Of a stretch of 13,185 nt of DNA, positions 5,522 to 13,185 are shown piece by piece (position 1 is the first letter of the stretch; every line of letters starts with the position of its first letter). This stretch comes from Planctomycetota bacterium (GTDB lineage: Bacteria; Planctomycetota; SZUA-567; H5-PLA8): positions 1 to 13,185 of the forward strand of contig BTVV01000156.1 of assembly GCA_045863855.1 (NCBI GenBank). Direction: 5' to 3'. A program made the translations under genes and the position numbers. The notes under the pieces were generated by a model. The model ran no database searches, had not been told where the DNA came from, and saw nothing but the letters and a program-made list of their open reading frames with translations.

Positions 5522-7843
5522 TTAAACCGGACGCTGCAGCCAAAGCACCATGGCGTTGTAAAGCGCATGTACGTAGATCGGGGCCAGTAAGGATTTGCTG
5601 CGCTCGAAGGCCAAAGCCGCACAAACGCCCATTGCGAATACCGGTGGGAACGAGAGCGGTGGATGAACGGTCGCGAAGACGGCGGCGCTGAGCAGCACGG
5701 AAGGCCAGATGCCAAAGTTTTCGCGCATGCCCCGATAAATCATGCCTCGGAAAATGGCCTCTTCGCACAGCGGCGCCGCGACGACGGCGAGCGGCACGAT
5801 CCACCAACCTAAGCTGGGAAGGTGGGTGCCCGCGTCGTTGCGCGCGAGTTCGAACCAGTAGTTCAGCCACGGCCAGTGCTCGGCCAACCAGAGATAACCC
5901 GCGCCTGCGCCCAAGGCCGGCAGGGCCCAGATCGTGCCGGCCAACGGAGTTGCGATCCAGCCACGCCCGCGTACGAGTCCCAGGGTGCTCCAGAGCCGCG
6001 GAACTTCGTGCCGCCAGAGCGTATAGAGCGTCAGCGCTAAAGTCAGCGCGCCAGCGGCGGAAAAGGCGATGAACTGCGCCGCCCCGAAAGGGATTTTCAA
6101 CGCGATGCTCAACAAGAGAAAGACGCCTTGCAGCACAAAGAAGAGCACCACGGCTATGAGCCCGTCGCTGAGGGTTAGGCGCGCCGGGGGCCTCGAGACG
6201 GGATCGAGAATGTATGGAGCCATCGCGGCTACTTTCTGCCATAGCGCCAAGGCCAACGCCGAAAGGAGCACCAACAGCGCAATCTTTGCCCACGCGCTGT
6301 TGGCGTAAAAACCGTAGATGTACAGTCCTTCCAAGAGCATCAGGAGATACAGATAGTCGGGGCGTAGACGATGCCGCGGGTCCTTTTCTTCCGGATTGCA
6401 GCCGAAGACCCCAAACGCGGCGGCTATCAGAGCGAACAAAGGCAAACCTGCCAGCGCGTAGGCGCTTTCGCTTACCCATTCGGCAGATGGACCCAAGGTA
6501 AACCAGCCCCAGCCCAAAATCGCCGCGGTATACAACGAGGCCAATCCGCCCCACAGGAGCGCTTTTTGGCGGAGCATCAGATCCAGGCGGCGCGGAAACG
6601 TATACAGCAGCCAAAGCGCCGGACCTTCGGCGGTCAGGACGGTGACGGCGCTGAAGAGCAGTACGTATCCGCCCATTCCAAACGCGATCGCACCCATATG
6701 GCGCACGTCGGTAAAGCCTTCCTTCAATAGGTCGGGATTGAGGACGAGTTGCATGCCTGCGATGGCCAACGGAGTAAACAGGGTGCTGACCAAAAAGGTG
6801 CGATCGCGCAGCAGCAGGCGGAGGTCCTTACCGGCCACTCCGCTCAACAACGGCTTACGCGCGCCGGTTCGCGGTGGCGGTAAGCCTCTTGTGCCTTGCA
6901 GCGGGCTGCTCGACTCGAAAAAGCCCCGCGCCGTCAAACGCTCGAGAAGCCGCCAGCCCAGCAGTGCGAATACCGCGCATGCGCCGCCGTAAACCGCGAG
7001 ACTGGCGCCGATGGCATGCTCGCCGGGGCCCATGGCCCAGGCCACGTTCACCACCCATCCGCCAGGAATCCAGGCGCACCAGTCGCCGCAGAGGTTGAGC
7101 CAGTCCCAGATAAAATAGTCCGGTTTCTTTATGCCGGCCATGGGCGCCATGACCAGCATGAGACCCACCATGCTCAGCAACGTGGCTATGCCTTGAATGT
7201 TGCGCAGCATCGACGGCGGGCAATACATCCGGAGCGTCGTTTCCAGCAGGACACGTCCCATTCCGATGAGCGTCACGAAGGGGACCGCCAGCGCCAGTGC
7301 GAGCACCGGGGCGCTCCAGCGCAGGCCCCAATGCCAGGAGAGGCAGCCTAAAAACGCGGTGACCGAGAGCCAGCCAAAGAAGTCGAGCACGGTCTGCTCG
7401 GCAACCTTGGCCAGCAGCATGGTTCGAGGCGAGACCGGGAGGGTGAGCAGCCACTCGAGATCCCACTCCAAGCGCGCTGGGTCGCTGGAGCGCAGAGCGA
7501 TACCGAGCAGAATTAGCGTCGCGAAGAGTTGAGTAAGCAGCAGTGCAGATGCTTCGGCTAGTTTGGCTTCGCCAATCGCGAAGACGATGCCCGTCACGAT
7601 ATTTTGAGCAATCATGATGGATTGAAGGATCGAGAGTAGGCCCAGCGCGACCGGAAGCACCCAGCCCACTCCGCGTTTACCGGGAGATGCTTGGCGTTTC
7701 GCGGGTGCAGCCTTCTTCTTGGCGCGACCGCGTAAGCCGCTGAGGAACAGGTTGCTAAAGCGGCGCAGCCTCAAGCCCAGGTAGAGCCGGATCGCCCTCG
7801 TGGCTCGGATCGGCGGCGGCGCGAGGAAAAGGGAATCAGACAC
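5522..7843 (-). CDS. ABC-2-type exporter permease (two tandem TMD repeats) fused to a C-terminal CPBP/Abi (type II CAAX) intramembrane protease, about 773 aa
   Basis: Highly hydrophobic. Two ABC-2-like coupling motifs, EWDLEWLLTLPVSPRTMLLAK and EGPALWLLYTFPRRLDLMLRQK, with KDLRLLLRD opening the second repeat. C-terminal CPBP motifs EEAIFRG, FATVH and HALYN. Start placed at GTG 7843, which overlaps the ATPase stop (GTGTCTGA). Confidence 0.85.
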   Translation of the reverse strand: MSDSLFLAPPPIRATRAIRLYLGLRLRRFSNLFLSGLRGRAKKKAAPAKRQASPGKRGVGWVLPVALGLLSILQSIMIAQNIVTGIVFAIGEAKLAEASALLLTQLFATLILLGIALRSSDPARLEWDLEWLLTLPVSPRTMLLAKVAEQTVLDFFGWLSVTAFLGCLSWHWGLRWSAPVLALALAVPFVTLIGMGRVLLETTLRMYCPPSMLRNIQGIATLLSMVGLMLVMAPMAGIKKPDYFIWDWLNLCGDWCAWIPGGWVVNVAWAMGPGEHAIGASLAVYGGACAVFALLGWRLLERLTARGFFESSSPLQGTRGLPPPRTGARKPLLSGVAGKDLRLLLRDRTFLVSTLFTPLAIAGMQLVLNPDLLKEGFTDVRHMGAIAFGMGGYVLLFSAVTVLTAEGPALWLLYTFPRRLDLMLRQKALLWGGLASLYTAAILGWGWFTLGPSAEWVSESAYALAGLPLFALIAAAFGVFGCNPEEKDPRHRLRPDYLYLLMLLEGLYIYGFYANSAWAKIALLVLLSALALALWQKVAAMAPYILDPVSRPPARLTLSDGLIAVVLFFVLQGVFLLLSIALKIPFGAAQFIAFSAAGALTLALTLYTLWRHEVPRLWSTLGLVRGRGWIATPLAGTIWALPALGAGAGYLWLAEHWPWLNYWFELARNDAGTHLPSLGWWIVPLAVVAAPLCEEAIFRGMIYRGMRENFGIWPSVLLSAAVFATVHPPLSFPPVFAMGVCAALAFERSKSLLAPIYVHALYNAMVLWLQRPV

Positions 7844-8672
7844 CGCTCGACTCGGGAGGAGGCGTGGCCGGAGGTTCGTCGGCAGCCGGATGGGCTGGCT
7901 CTGCAGTCTGCGGCATAGCCACGGCGAAGAAGAGATCTTCCAGCGAACCACCCACACGCAAGGCCGTACGCAGCTCATCCAAGGTGCCCAGCGCCGCGAG
8001 TTTGCCTTGCATGACGATGCCCACTCGGTGGCAGAGCTTCTGCGCCATGTCGAGCAGGTGGGTGCTCAGGAAGACCGTCCGTCCTTCGGCGGCAATATCT
8101 CGTATCAGCGACTGAATCAATCGCGCGGCAATCGGGTCGAGCCCATTGGTGGGCTCGTCCAGGATCAGGACCGGCGGATCGTGGATCAGCGCGCACGCCA
8201 AGCCTAGCTTTTTCTTCATGCCCGTGCTGTAATTCGCCGCGAACTCGTCACCGGCTTCGTCCAAGGTCATACGCGCGAAAAGATCGTCGACGCGCCGGTT
8301 CAGTTCCGCGCCTTCCAGTCCTTGCATGCCGCCCACGAAACTCAGAATCTCGCGTCCTTTCAGGTAGTCGTAAAAGGCGGGCGCATCGGGCAAGAATCCG
8401 ATCTGGCGCTTCAGCGGCACACGGTCGAGTATGCAGTCTTGATTCAGAATGCGCGCGCGGCCTTCGGTGGGCACCAGAATGCCCATCAGCATGCGGATCG
8501 TGGTGGTCTTACCTGCGCCGTTCGGGCCCAGGAAGCCGAAGACCTCGCCGCGCCGGACTTCGAAGTTCAAATCGTTGACCGCCGTGAAGTCCCCGAAGCG
8601 CTTGGTCAAGCCCGAAGCCTGCAAAACGACAGGGGCATTCGGGCGAATGGAAGTATCTAAAGCTTCGTTCAT
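7836..8672 (-). CDS. ABC transporter ATP-binding protein (exporter/DrrA-like)
   Basis: Walker A GPNGAGKTT, signature YSTGMKKK, Walker B VLILDEP, H-loop LSTH. ATG at 8672 is preferred over TTG at 8708. Confidence 0.95.
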   Translation of the reverse strand: MNEALDTSIRPNAPVVLQASGLTKRFGDFTAVNDLNFEVRRGEVFGFLGPNGAGKTTTIRMLMGILVPTEGRARILNQDCILDRVPLKRQIGFLPDAPAFYDYLKGREILSFVGGMQGLEGAELNRRVDDLFARMTLDEAGDEFAANYSTGMKKKLGLACALIHDPPVLILDEPTNGLDPIAARLIQSLIRDIAAEGRTVFLSTHLLDMAQKLCHRVGIVMQGKLAALGTLDELRTALRVGGSLEDLFFAVAMPQTAEPAHPAADEPPATPPPESSGV

Positions 8673-8681
8673 CGTGCTCGT

Positions 8682-8748
8682 TTCAAGATTCCATGGCGAT
8701 GCTTTCAAATTCGGCCTGGATTATGGCGAGTATCCATTCAAGATTCCA
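8682..8748. repeat. Perfect 12-bp direct repeat TTCAAGATTCCA (8682-8693 and 8737-8748) in a divergent intergenic region
   Basis: Seen directly. A degenerate copy, TTTCAAATTC, lies at 8703-8712. Confidence 0.7.
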
Positions 8749-8789
8749 GGACCGCCGCACGATCGAGTCCGGATAGGGAGTGTATTCCG

Positions 8790-11291
8790 ATGGATGCCAG
8801 CCTTTGGGTGCCGGATGCGGTAGTCCATCACGAGGTGCTGGCGGATGCTCAAGCTCTGGCTTCGGCCTGGAAGCGCCCGCTGGAGAACCGCGCCGGAAGG
8901 GACGCCGTGCGCGTGGAGTTGGCGGGCGGCGCCACGCAACTTGAGCTTCCGCTTCTACGGACCGAATTTGACTCCTTGGACCTGTTCGCATTCACACTGT
9001 CTACGCCGCCAAGTGTGACCGTACGCTGTTCGCTGGCCATTGACCTGACTACCCGAACCTCCGGACTGCCGAAACCCGACCACTTCCGCAGCGGCCCCGC
9101 CGAGCCGGTCAGTTCGGAGGATTGGCGCGAATGGCTGGTGCCGTACGAAAACTTTCTAATCTACGGCATAGCGCCGGGCGTGCGAGGCGTCGGAAAAGTT
9201 ATTCTTACGCTTCAGGGCGCCGGATTGGTCTGGGTACATGCCTGGTGCGGCATGCGCCGCGCACGCGCGCAAGGCTCACGGCTTACGGATGCGGGTCTGC
9301 TCAATGCGCTTGATATGGAGCGGACGGAGCTTGGAAGCGTACGAGCCGGTTCTGGAAATTCAGATCGCGCGCTTGGGGCGCTACTGGAGCATCTCCGAAC
9401 GCGGCAGACTCCGCGGCATATCTATGCCACCGGCGCCGGAGACCCGGCCGAAGCGCCTATCGCCGAAGCCGATGCGATATGCAATCACGTGATCAACGGC
9501 TTTGATGTCGGTACGCCGGTGAACTGGCGGGCGAATCCCAACGGTTACTTGGAATGGCAGCACGCGTTTAATCGCACCGGTTTTTTCATGAAGTTGCTGT
9601 ATGCGTATCGCCGGACGCGCGAGCCGCGCTACGTGCGGAAACTTGACGAGCTTTTTCAGAGTTGGATCGCGGCGAATCCCGAACCCATCGGGCATAACGG
9701 TGGCGGCGATCCGGCGTGGGAGACCCTATCCACCGCCGTGCGCGTGTACGGTTCCTGGCTGGAGTGCTTCTTTTCGTTGCTCCACGACCCGAATTTCTCC
9801 GATGCGGCGCGGCTGGCAATCCTGAAAAGTTTTCATGGGCATGCCGAACACCTGATGTCTTACCGTGGGTACGGAAACAATTGGTTCATCGTCGAATCGC
9901 GCGTGCTGGCGCTGCTGGGTATGCTCTTTCCGGAGTTCAAGCGCGCTTCGGCCTGGGCAGACGAAGGAATCGCGCGGCTGGAAGGCGAACTCGGGAAGCA
10001 GATCATGCCCGACGGAGCCGATTGGGAGTTCGCTCCCGGATATCACATGATGGCGGTCGCCGGCTTTCTCGACGTGTATGAAGTTGCCAAACTCAACGGA
10101 CGTTCGCTGCCGCCCATGTACGACGAGCGACTACCGTGCGCTTTCGAATACATTGCGGGGCTCACCCGGCCGGACGGATCGCTTCCTTCCATCAACGACT
10201 CGCACGGCTACCGGCACGGGCGGGGCCAAGCCTTTCTGGAACGCGGCGCACGGCTCTTTAACCGTCCCGACCTGCTGGCCGGCCCCGAAGGGCCTTACGC
10301 CGGACGCTCGCGCGGATTTCCAGACAGCGGCCTGCATGTGCTTGCCTCCGGCACTCGGCGCGAAGCTCGGTGGCTTCTGATCGACGCCGGACCTTTCGGA
10401 GCTTCGCACCAGCACGAGGACGCGTTGAGCTTGGAACTATTCGCCGGTGATGCACCCTTCCTGGTCGATCCGGGCATTACCAGTTACCTGCAGGACGATT
10501 GGACCGCGTTTTACCGGCAGACTCACGCGCACTCCACCTTGCTCGTCAACGGCGCCGGGCAGAACCGCCGCGCGGTTACGCCGCACCATCACACCGAGAG
10601 CGTAAGGGAGCAAGTCGTCGCGGCGTGCGGCCCCGTCTTCGACTGCGTGCGTGCGACCTACCGGGACGGATACGCTGGACAGCCCGCCGGGTTGGAGCAC
10701 GAGCGAATCGTCGTATTCGTGCGTCCGGATTATTATTTAGTATTCGATGAGGTGCGCGGCGCGGCGGCTCGATCGCTTGAGGCGCTATGGCACTTCGCGC
10801 CGATGCGCGTGGAATTGGAAGCGCGCACGCACCGCGCGCGAACCATGCGCTTGAAAGGGCCGAACCTGGAGGTGGCCCCCCTGGAACCGCGCAGCGGAAT
10901 CAAAGCGGCCCTGATTTGCGGTCAACGCGATCCCGTGCAAGGCTGGGTCAGCGACGGAGGCGAAGACGTACCTGCGCCGGTGCTCAGCTATACGATTAAA
11001 GGCGCCGCGCCGCTACGGTTAGCGATGGCTCTGGTGCCGTACTTCAAAGGACTCGATGCCGGATTGGAGGTCGCGCGCCTGCCGAAAATGCCGCCCGGGG
11101 TTCTGGGGATCAAGCTTACGTTTCAGGACGGGCATAGCGACCGGATCTACCTGCGTCAGGATCCCTCGGCGCGCCTGCCAGGGCAGCCCGTACCCCTGGA
11201 TGCCGATCTGCGTGTCGAACGACTTGACGCACGCGGCCGTAAGCGCGCCGCCGCGTGGTTGAAGGACTCGAAGATGACGGTTGAAATTTAA
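8790..11291 (+). CDS. Heparinase II/III-family polysaccharide lyase (PL12-like) with an extra N-terminal domain, 833 aa
   Basis: Motifs WRANPNGYLEWQHAFNR, AWETLSTAVR, GNNWFIVE, QIMPDGADWEFAPGYH, RPDGSLPSIND, DAGPFGASHQHEDALSLEL, LVDPG and AHSTLLVNG. SD AGGGAG at 8775-8780. Confidence 0.85.
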   Translation: MDASLWVPDAVVHHEVLADAQALASAWKRPLENRAGRDAVRVELAGGATQLELPLLRTEFDSLDLFAFTLSTPPSVTVRCSLAIDLTTRTSGLPKPDHFRSGPAEPVSSEDWREWLVPYENFLIYGIAPGVRGVGKVILTLQGAGLVWVHAWCGMRRARAQGSRLTDAGLLNALDMERTELGSVRAGSGNSDRALGALLEHLRTRQTPRHIYATGAGDPAEAPIAEADAICNHVINGFDVGTPVNWRANPNGYLEWQHAFNRTGFFMKLLYAYRRTREPRYVRKLDELFQSWIAANPEPIGHNGGGDPAWETLSTAVRVYGSWLECFFSLLHDPNFSDAARLAILKSFHGHAEHLMSYRGYGNNWFIVESRVLALLGMLFPEFKRASAWADEGIARLEGELGKQIMPDGADWEFAPGYHMMAVAGFLDVYEVAKLNGRSLPPMYDERLPCAFEYIAGLTRPDGSLPSINDSHGYRHGRGQAFLERGARLFNRPDLLAGPEGPYAGRSRGFPDSGLHVLASGTRREARWLLIDAGPFGASHQHEDALSLELFAGDAPFLVDPGITSYLQDDWTAFYRQTHAHSTLLVNGAGQNRRAVTPHHHTESVREQVVAACGPVFDCVRATYRDGYAGQPAGLEHERIVVFVRPDYYLVFDEVRGAAARSLEALWHFAPMRVELEARTHRARTMRLKGPNLEVAPLEPRSGIKAALICGQRDPVQGWVSDGGEDVPAPVLSYTIKGAAPLRLAMALVPYFKGLDAGLEVARLPKMPPGVLGIKLTFQDGHSDRIYLRQDPSARLPGQPVPLDADLRVERLDARGRKRAAAWLKDSKMTVEI

Positions 11292-12487
11292 GCAGCATCC
11301 AGCACAGCACGATCCAAGGCCAGCTTACGCTCGCCCATGCGCCAAGCGATGCATGCACCGGCTCCGAATAGCACGCCCAGCATCGGCGCGATGCGCAAGG
11401 TCCATTCGGCTCCGGCGTAATGCGTAAGCACGCCGCCTAACGCATAGAACGCAATGTAGGCCATACTCGTTGCGGCTCCGCTGGCGATACTTAGCAATCC
11501 CTTGTGGCGCGGGAAGTACCCGCACGCCAGTGCGAAGAAAGTGGGCCATGGCGCCGCGAATGCCAGTCCGCAGAGCAGAAATCCGATCATCGCCTGGGTG
11601 CCGGTGTACGCATCGCCTTCGGTGGCGAGCAGAATGCCGCATGAGGCCACTGCGCTAATCAGAAGCAGAACGATCGGCGATAGGGCCCGCAAAAGCAGCG
11701 GTGCGAGGAAGCGCAGGCCGCACATCGTCCAGAGCATCGCGAGCGCCGCGGTCTCCGCGGCGGCGGCGCCTGACTCCGGTCCCAGTCCAGCGTGGGCATC
11801 CAAATACCGCGGCAGCCAAGTGGTAACGGTTACTTCCATCCCGACGATGGGGAAAAACAGCGCCGCGCATAGCCAGAATAGCGGTTGGCGCAGCGCTTCC
11901 CGAGGCGGCGCCTCTGCGGGTTCATCTGAATCGATCGCTTGAGGTTCTGGCGTGCGGCCCAGCAGGCCTACCGTGAGAAGCGCCAGAGCCACGCAACCAA
12001 GCGCGAAGAATGGTGGCCGCCAGCCGAGGCCGATGCGCGCGAAAAGAGGTCCGGCGGCTTTGCCTAGCGAATTCATGCCATGCAGCAGGTTGGTCATCGT
12101 CGCGGCGCGGCGTGGCGCGAACTGAACGGCCAACCCGTTTGCTAGATGCAGATACGCCATGCCCCACGCCAGGCAAACGCCAAGCCCCAGCGCCGCGACC
12201 CCTACCGAAGCCAAGGACGTTCCGATTAAGCCCAAGGCAACCAGCCCGTATCCCGCAAGACACGTGCGGTACGCGCCGTATCGAGGAACCGCCCACGCCG
12301 CCGTGATGCCCAGGATCACCGCCGCTACGGTCACGCCGCCTGCGACGATCCCGAACTTCATCTCGTCCAAGCCGAAGTCGGCGTAAATGCTCGTCATCTC
12401 GAGCGGCACGATGCCGGAATTGAGGATGCCCGGAAGCAACAGGCTGCCGAAGACGGCGATGGCGAAGCAGAAGCGCGAACGATTCAT
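11288..12487 (-). CDS. MFS transporter, FucP/TsgA-like sugar permease type, 399 aa
   Basis: About 12 hydrophobic segments with a central polar loop. TNLLHGMNSLGKAAGP and VGMEVTVTTWLPRYL resemble FucP/TsgA-like MFS motifs. ATG 12487 forms an ATGA overlap with the holA stop. Confidence 0.85.
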   Translation of the reverse strand: MNRSRFCFAIAVFGSLLLPGILNSGIVPLEMTSIYADFGLDEMKFGIVAGGVTVAAVILGITAAWAVPRYGAYRTCLAGYGLVALGLIGTSLASVGVAALGLGVCLAWGMAYLHLANGLAVQFAPRRAATMTNLLHGMNSLGKAAGPLFARIGLGWRPPFFALGCVALALLTVGLLGRTPEPQAIDSDEPAEAPPREALRQPLFWLCAALFFPIVGMEVTVTTWLPRYLDAHAGLGPESGAAAAETAALAMLWTMCGLRFLAPLLLRALSPIVLLLISAVASCGILLATEGDAYTGTQAMIGFLLCGLAFAAPWPTFFALACGYFPRHKGLLSIASGAATSMAYIAFYALGGVLTHYAGAEWTLRIAPMLGVLFGAGACIAWRMGERKLALDRAVLDAA

Positions 12488-13185
12488 CGTGCGCCGCGGC
12501 AAACGGTCCACGCAAGGCGTTCAAGCACCTCTTGCTTTTCGTGACCCAGCCGCAAATCGAGATTGGCGCGAAAGAGCGCGTCGATGGCCTGACGCAAGCT
12601 CCGCGCGTCGTGCCGCCGCAGCGCGCGTTGCACACTGGAGCGCGCTTCGTAAAAGAGTCGCTGCTCCTTGAAGACTAAATCCTCGCGCTTGCCCGCGGAG
12701 AGTTCGATCTGTACGTCCTGGATCTTGGTGAGTTTGTACGTCACCGCGCCGAGAAGCTGCATCGAGATGGTCGCTTCGTTGGTGATTACCTTTCCGGGCT
12801 TCTTGTAGTCGCCAAGTCCGTGGGAAAAAATGCGTCCCAAGGCTTCCAGCGCGCGCTTGGAATCGCGCTCGGCGAGTGCGTCCGCGAACTCGAACGAACT
12901 GGGCAGCCGCGTATCCGCGCAGATGCGGGCGATATCCGCTTCCTGCACACGGACGTTTCCGCCGCTCTCCGCACCCAGCGCGGCGGCGAGCTTCTTCAGC
13001 TCCTCCTCCAGCATGCCCAACTCGCTGCCGCAGCGCTCCAGCAACACCATTACGGCGACCGAGTCGAGTTGCAGGCCTTGCGCGCGCGCGCGCTTGACTA
13101 CTTCCTGCGCCAGCGGCGAATCCGGGGTCTCGTGCCCGTACTTATCCCGCAGCGACTCGCAAGACACGACCGCGCCAGCCGCTTC
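12484..13185 (-). CDS. holA: DNA polymerase III delta subunit, C-terminal part (5' end outside the window)
   Basis: The frame is open to the window edge (EAAGAVVSCE...). LLERCGSELGMLEEELKKL, SFEFADALAERDSKRALEAL and LFRANLDLRLG...LERL match HolA domain II/III patterns. Confidence 0.8.
   Translation of the reverse strand, partial: EAAGAVVSCESLRDKYGHETPDSPLAQEVVKRARAQGLQLDSVAVMVLLERCGSELGMLEEELKKLAAALGAESGGNVRVQEADIARICADTRLPSSFEFADALAERDSKRALEALGRIFSHGLGDYKKPGKVITNEATISMQLLGAVTYKLTKIQDVQIELSAGKREDLVFKEQRLFYEARSSVQRALRRHDARSLRQAIDALFRANLDLRLGHEKQEVLERLAWTVCRGAR

Noticed and set aside
5358..6614. 418-aa minus-strand ORF
   Set aside because: Arg-rich alternate frame of the permease gene that crosses the terminator; it has no motifs.
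7844..7978. 45-aa N-terminal extension of the permease in the ORF track
   Set aside because: It would overlap the ATPase gene by about 140 nt, whereas GTG 7843 gives a typical short coupled overlap.
1..13185. CRISPR array, IS element, prophage or defence island (including reading the 'Abi' domain as phage defence)
   Set aside because: No spaced repeats, transposase, integrase or phage genes were seen. The Abi name for CPBP proteases is historical and is not evidence of abortive infection.

Overview
GC-rich bacterial chromosomal window with seven supportable genes and no mobile element, CRISPR array, tRNA or rRNA. The left block is central carbon and redox metabolism. A minus-strand tkt (transketolase) is followed by a class 3 fructose-1,6-bisphosphatase gene that is missing from the ORF track and runs off the left edge; sthA (soluble transhydrogenase) is transcribed divergently from tkt. 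The middle block is a minus-strand ABC ATPase plus an internally duplicated ABC permease fused to a CPBP/CAAX-type intramembrane protease, divergent from an 833-aa heparinase II/III-family lyase with no signal peptide. The right block is the 3' part of holA, translationally coupled to a sugar-type MFS transporter that converges on the lyase. The most interesting signals are non-coding or translational: (1) a ~115-nt sthA leader with a cascade of mutually exclusive helices ending in one that covers the AUG (candidate riboswitch); (2) fbp has no ATG/GTG/TTG upstream of its conserved N-terminus; (3) a 20-codon Cys-Cys-Cys mini-ORF runs through the tkt terminator and ends at an amber codon in frame with fbp. 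All family calls come from motif recognition by eye, not database searches.
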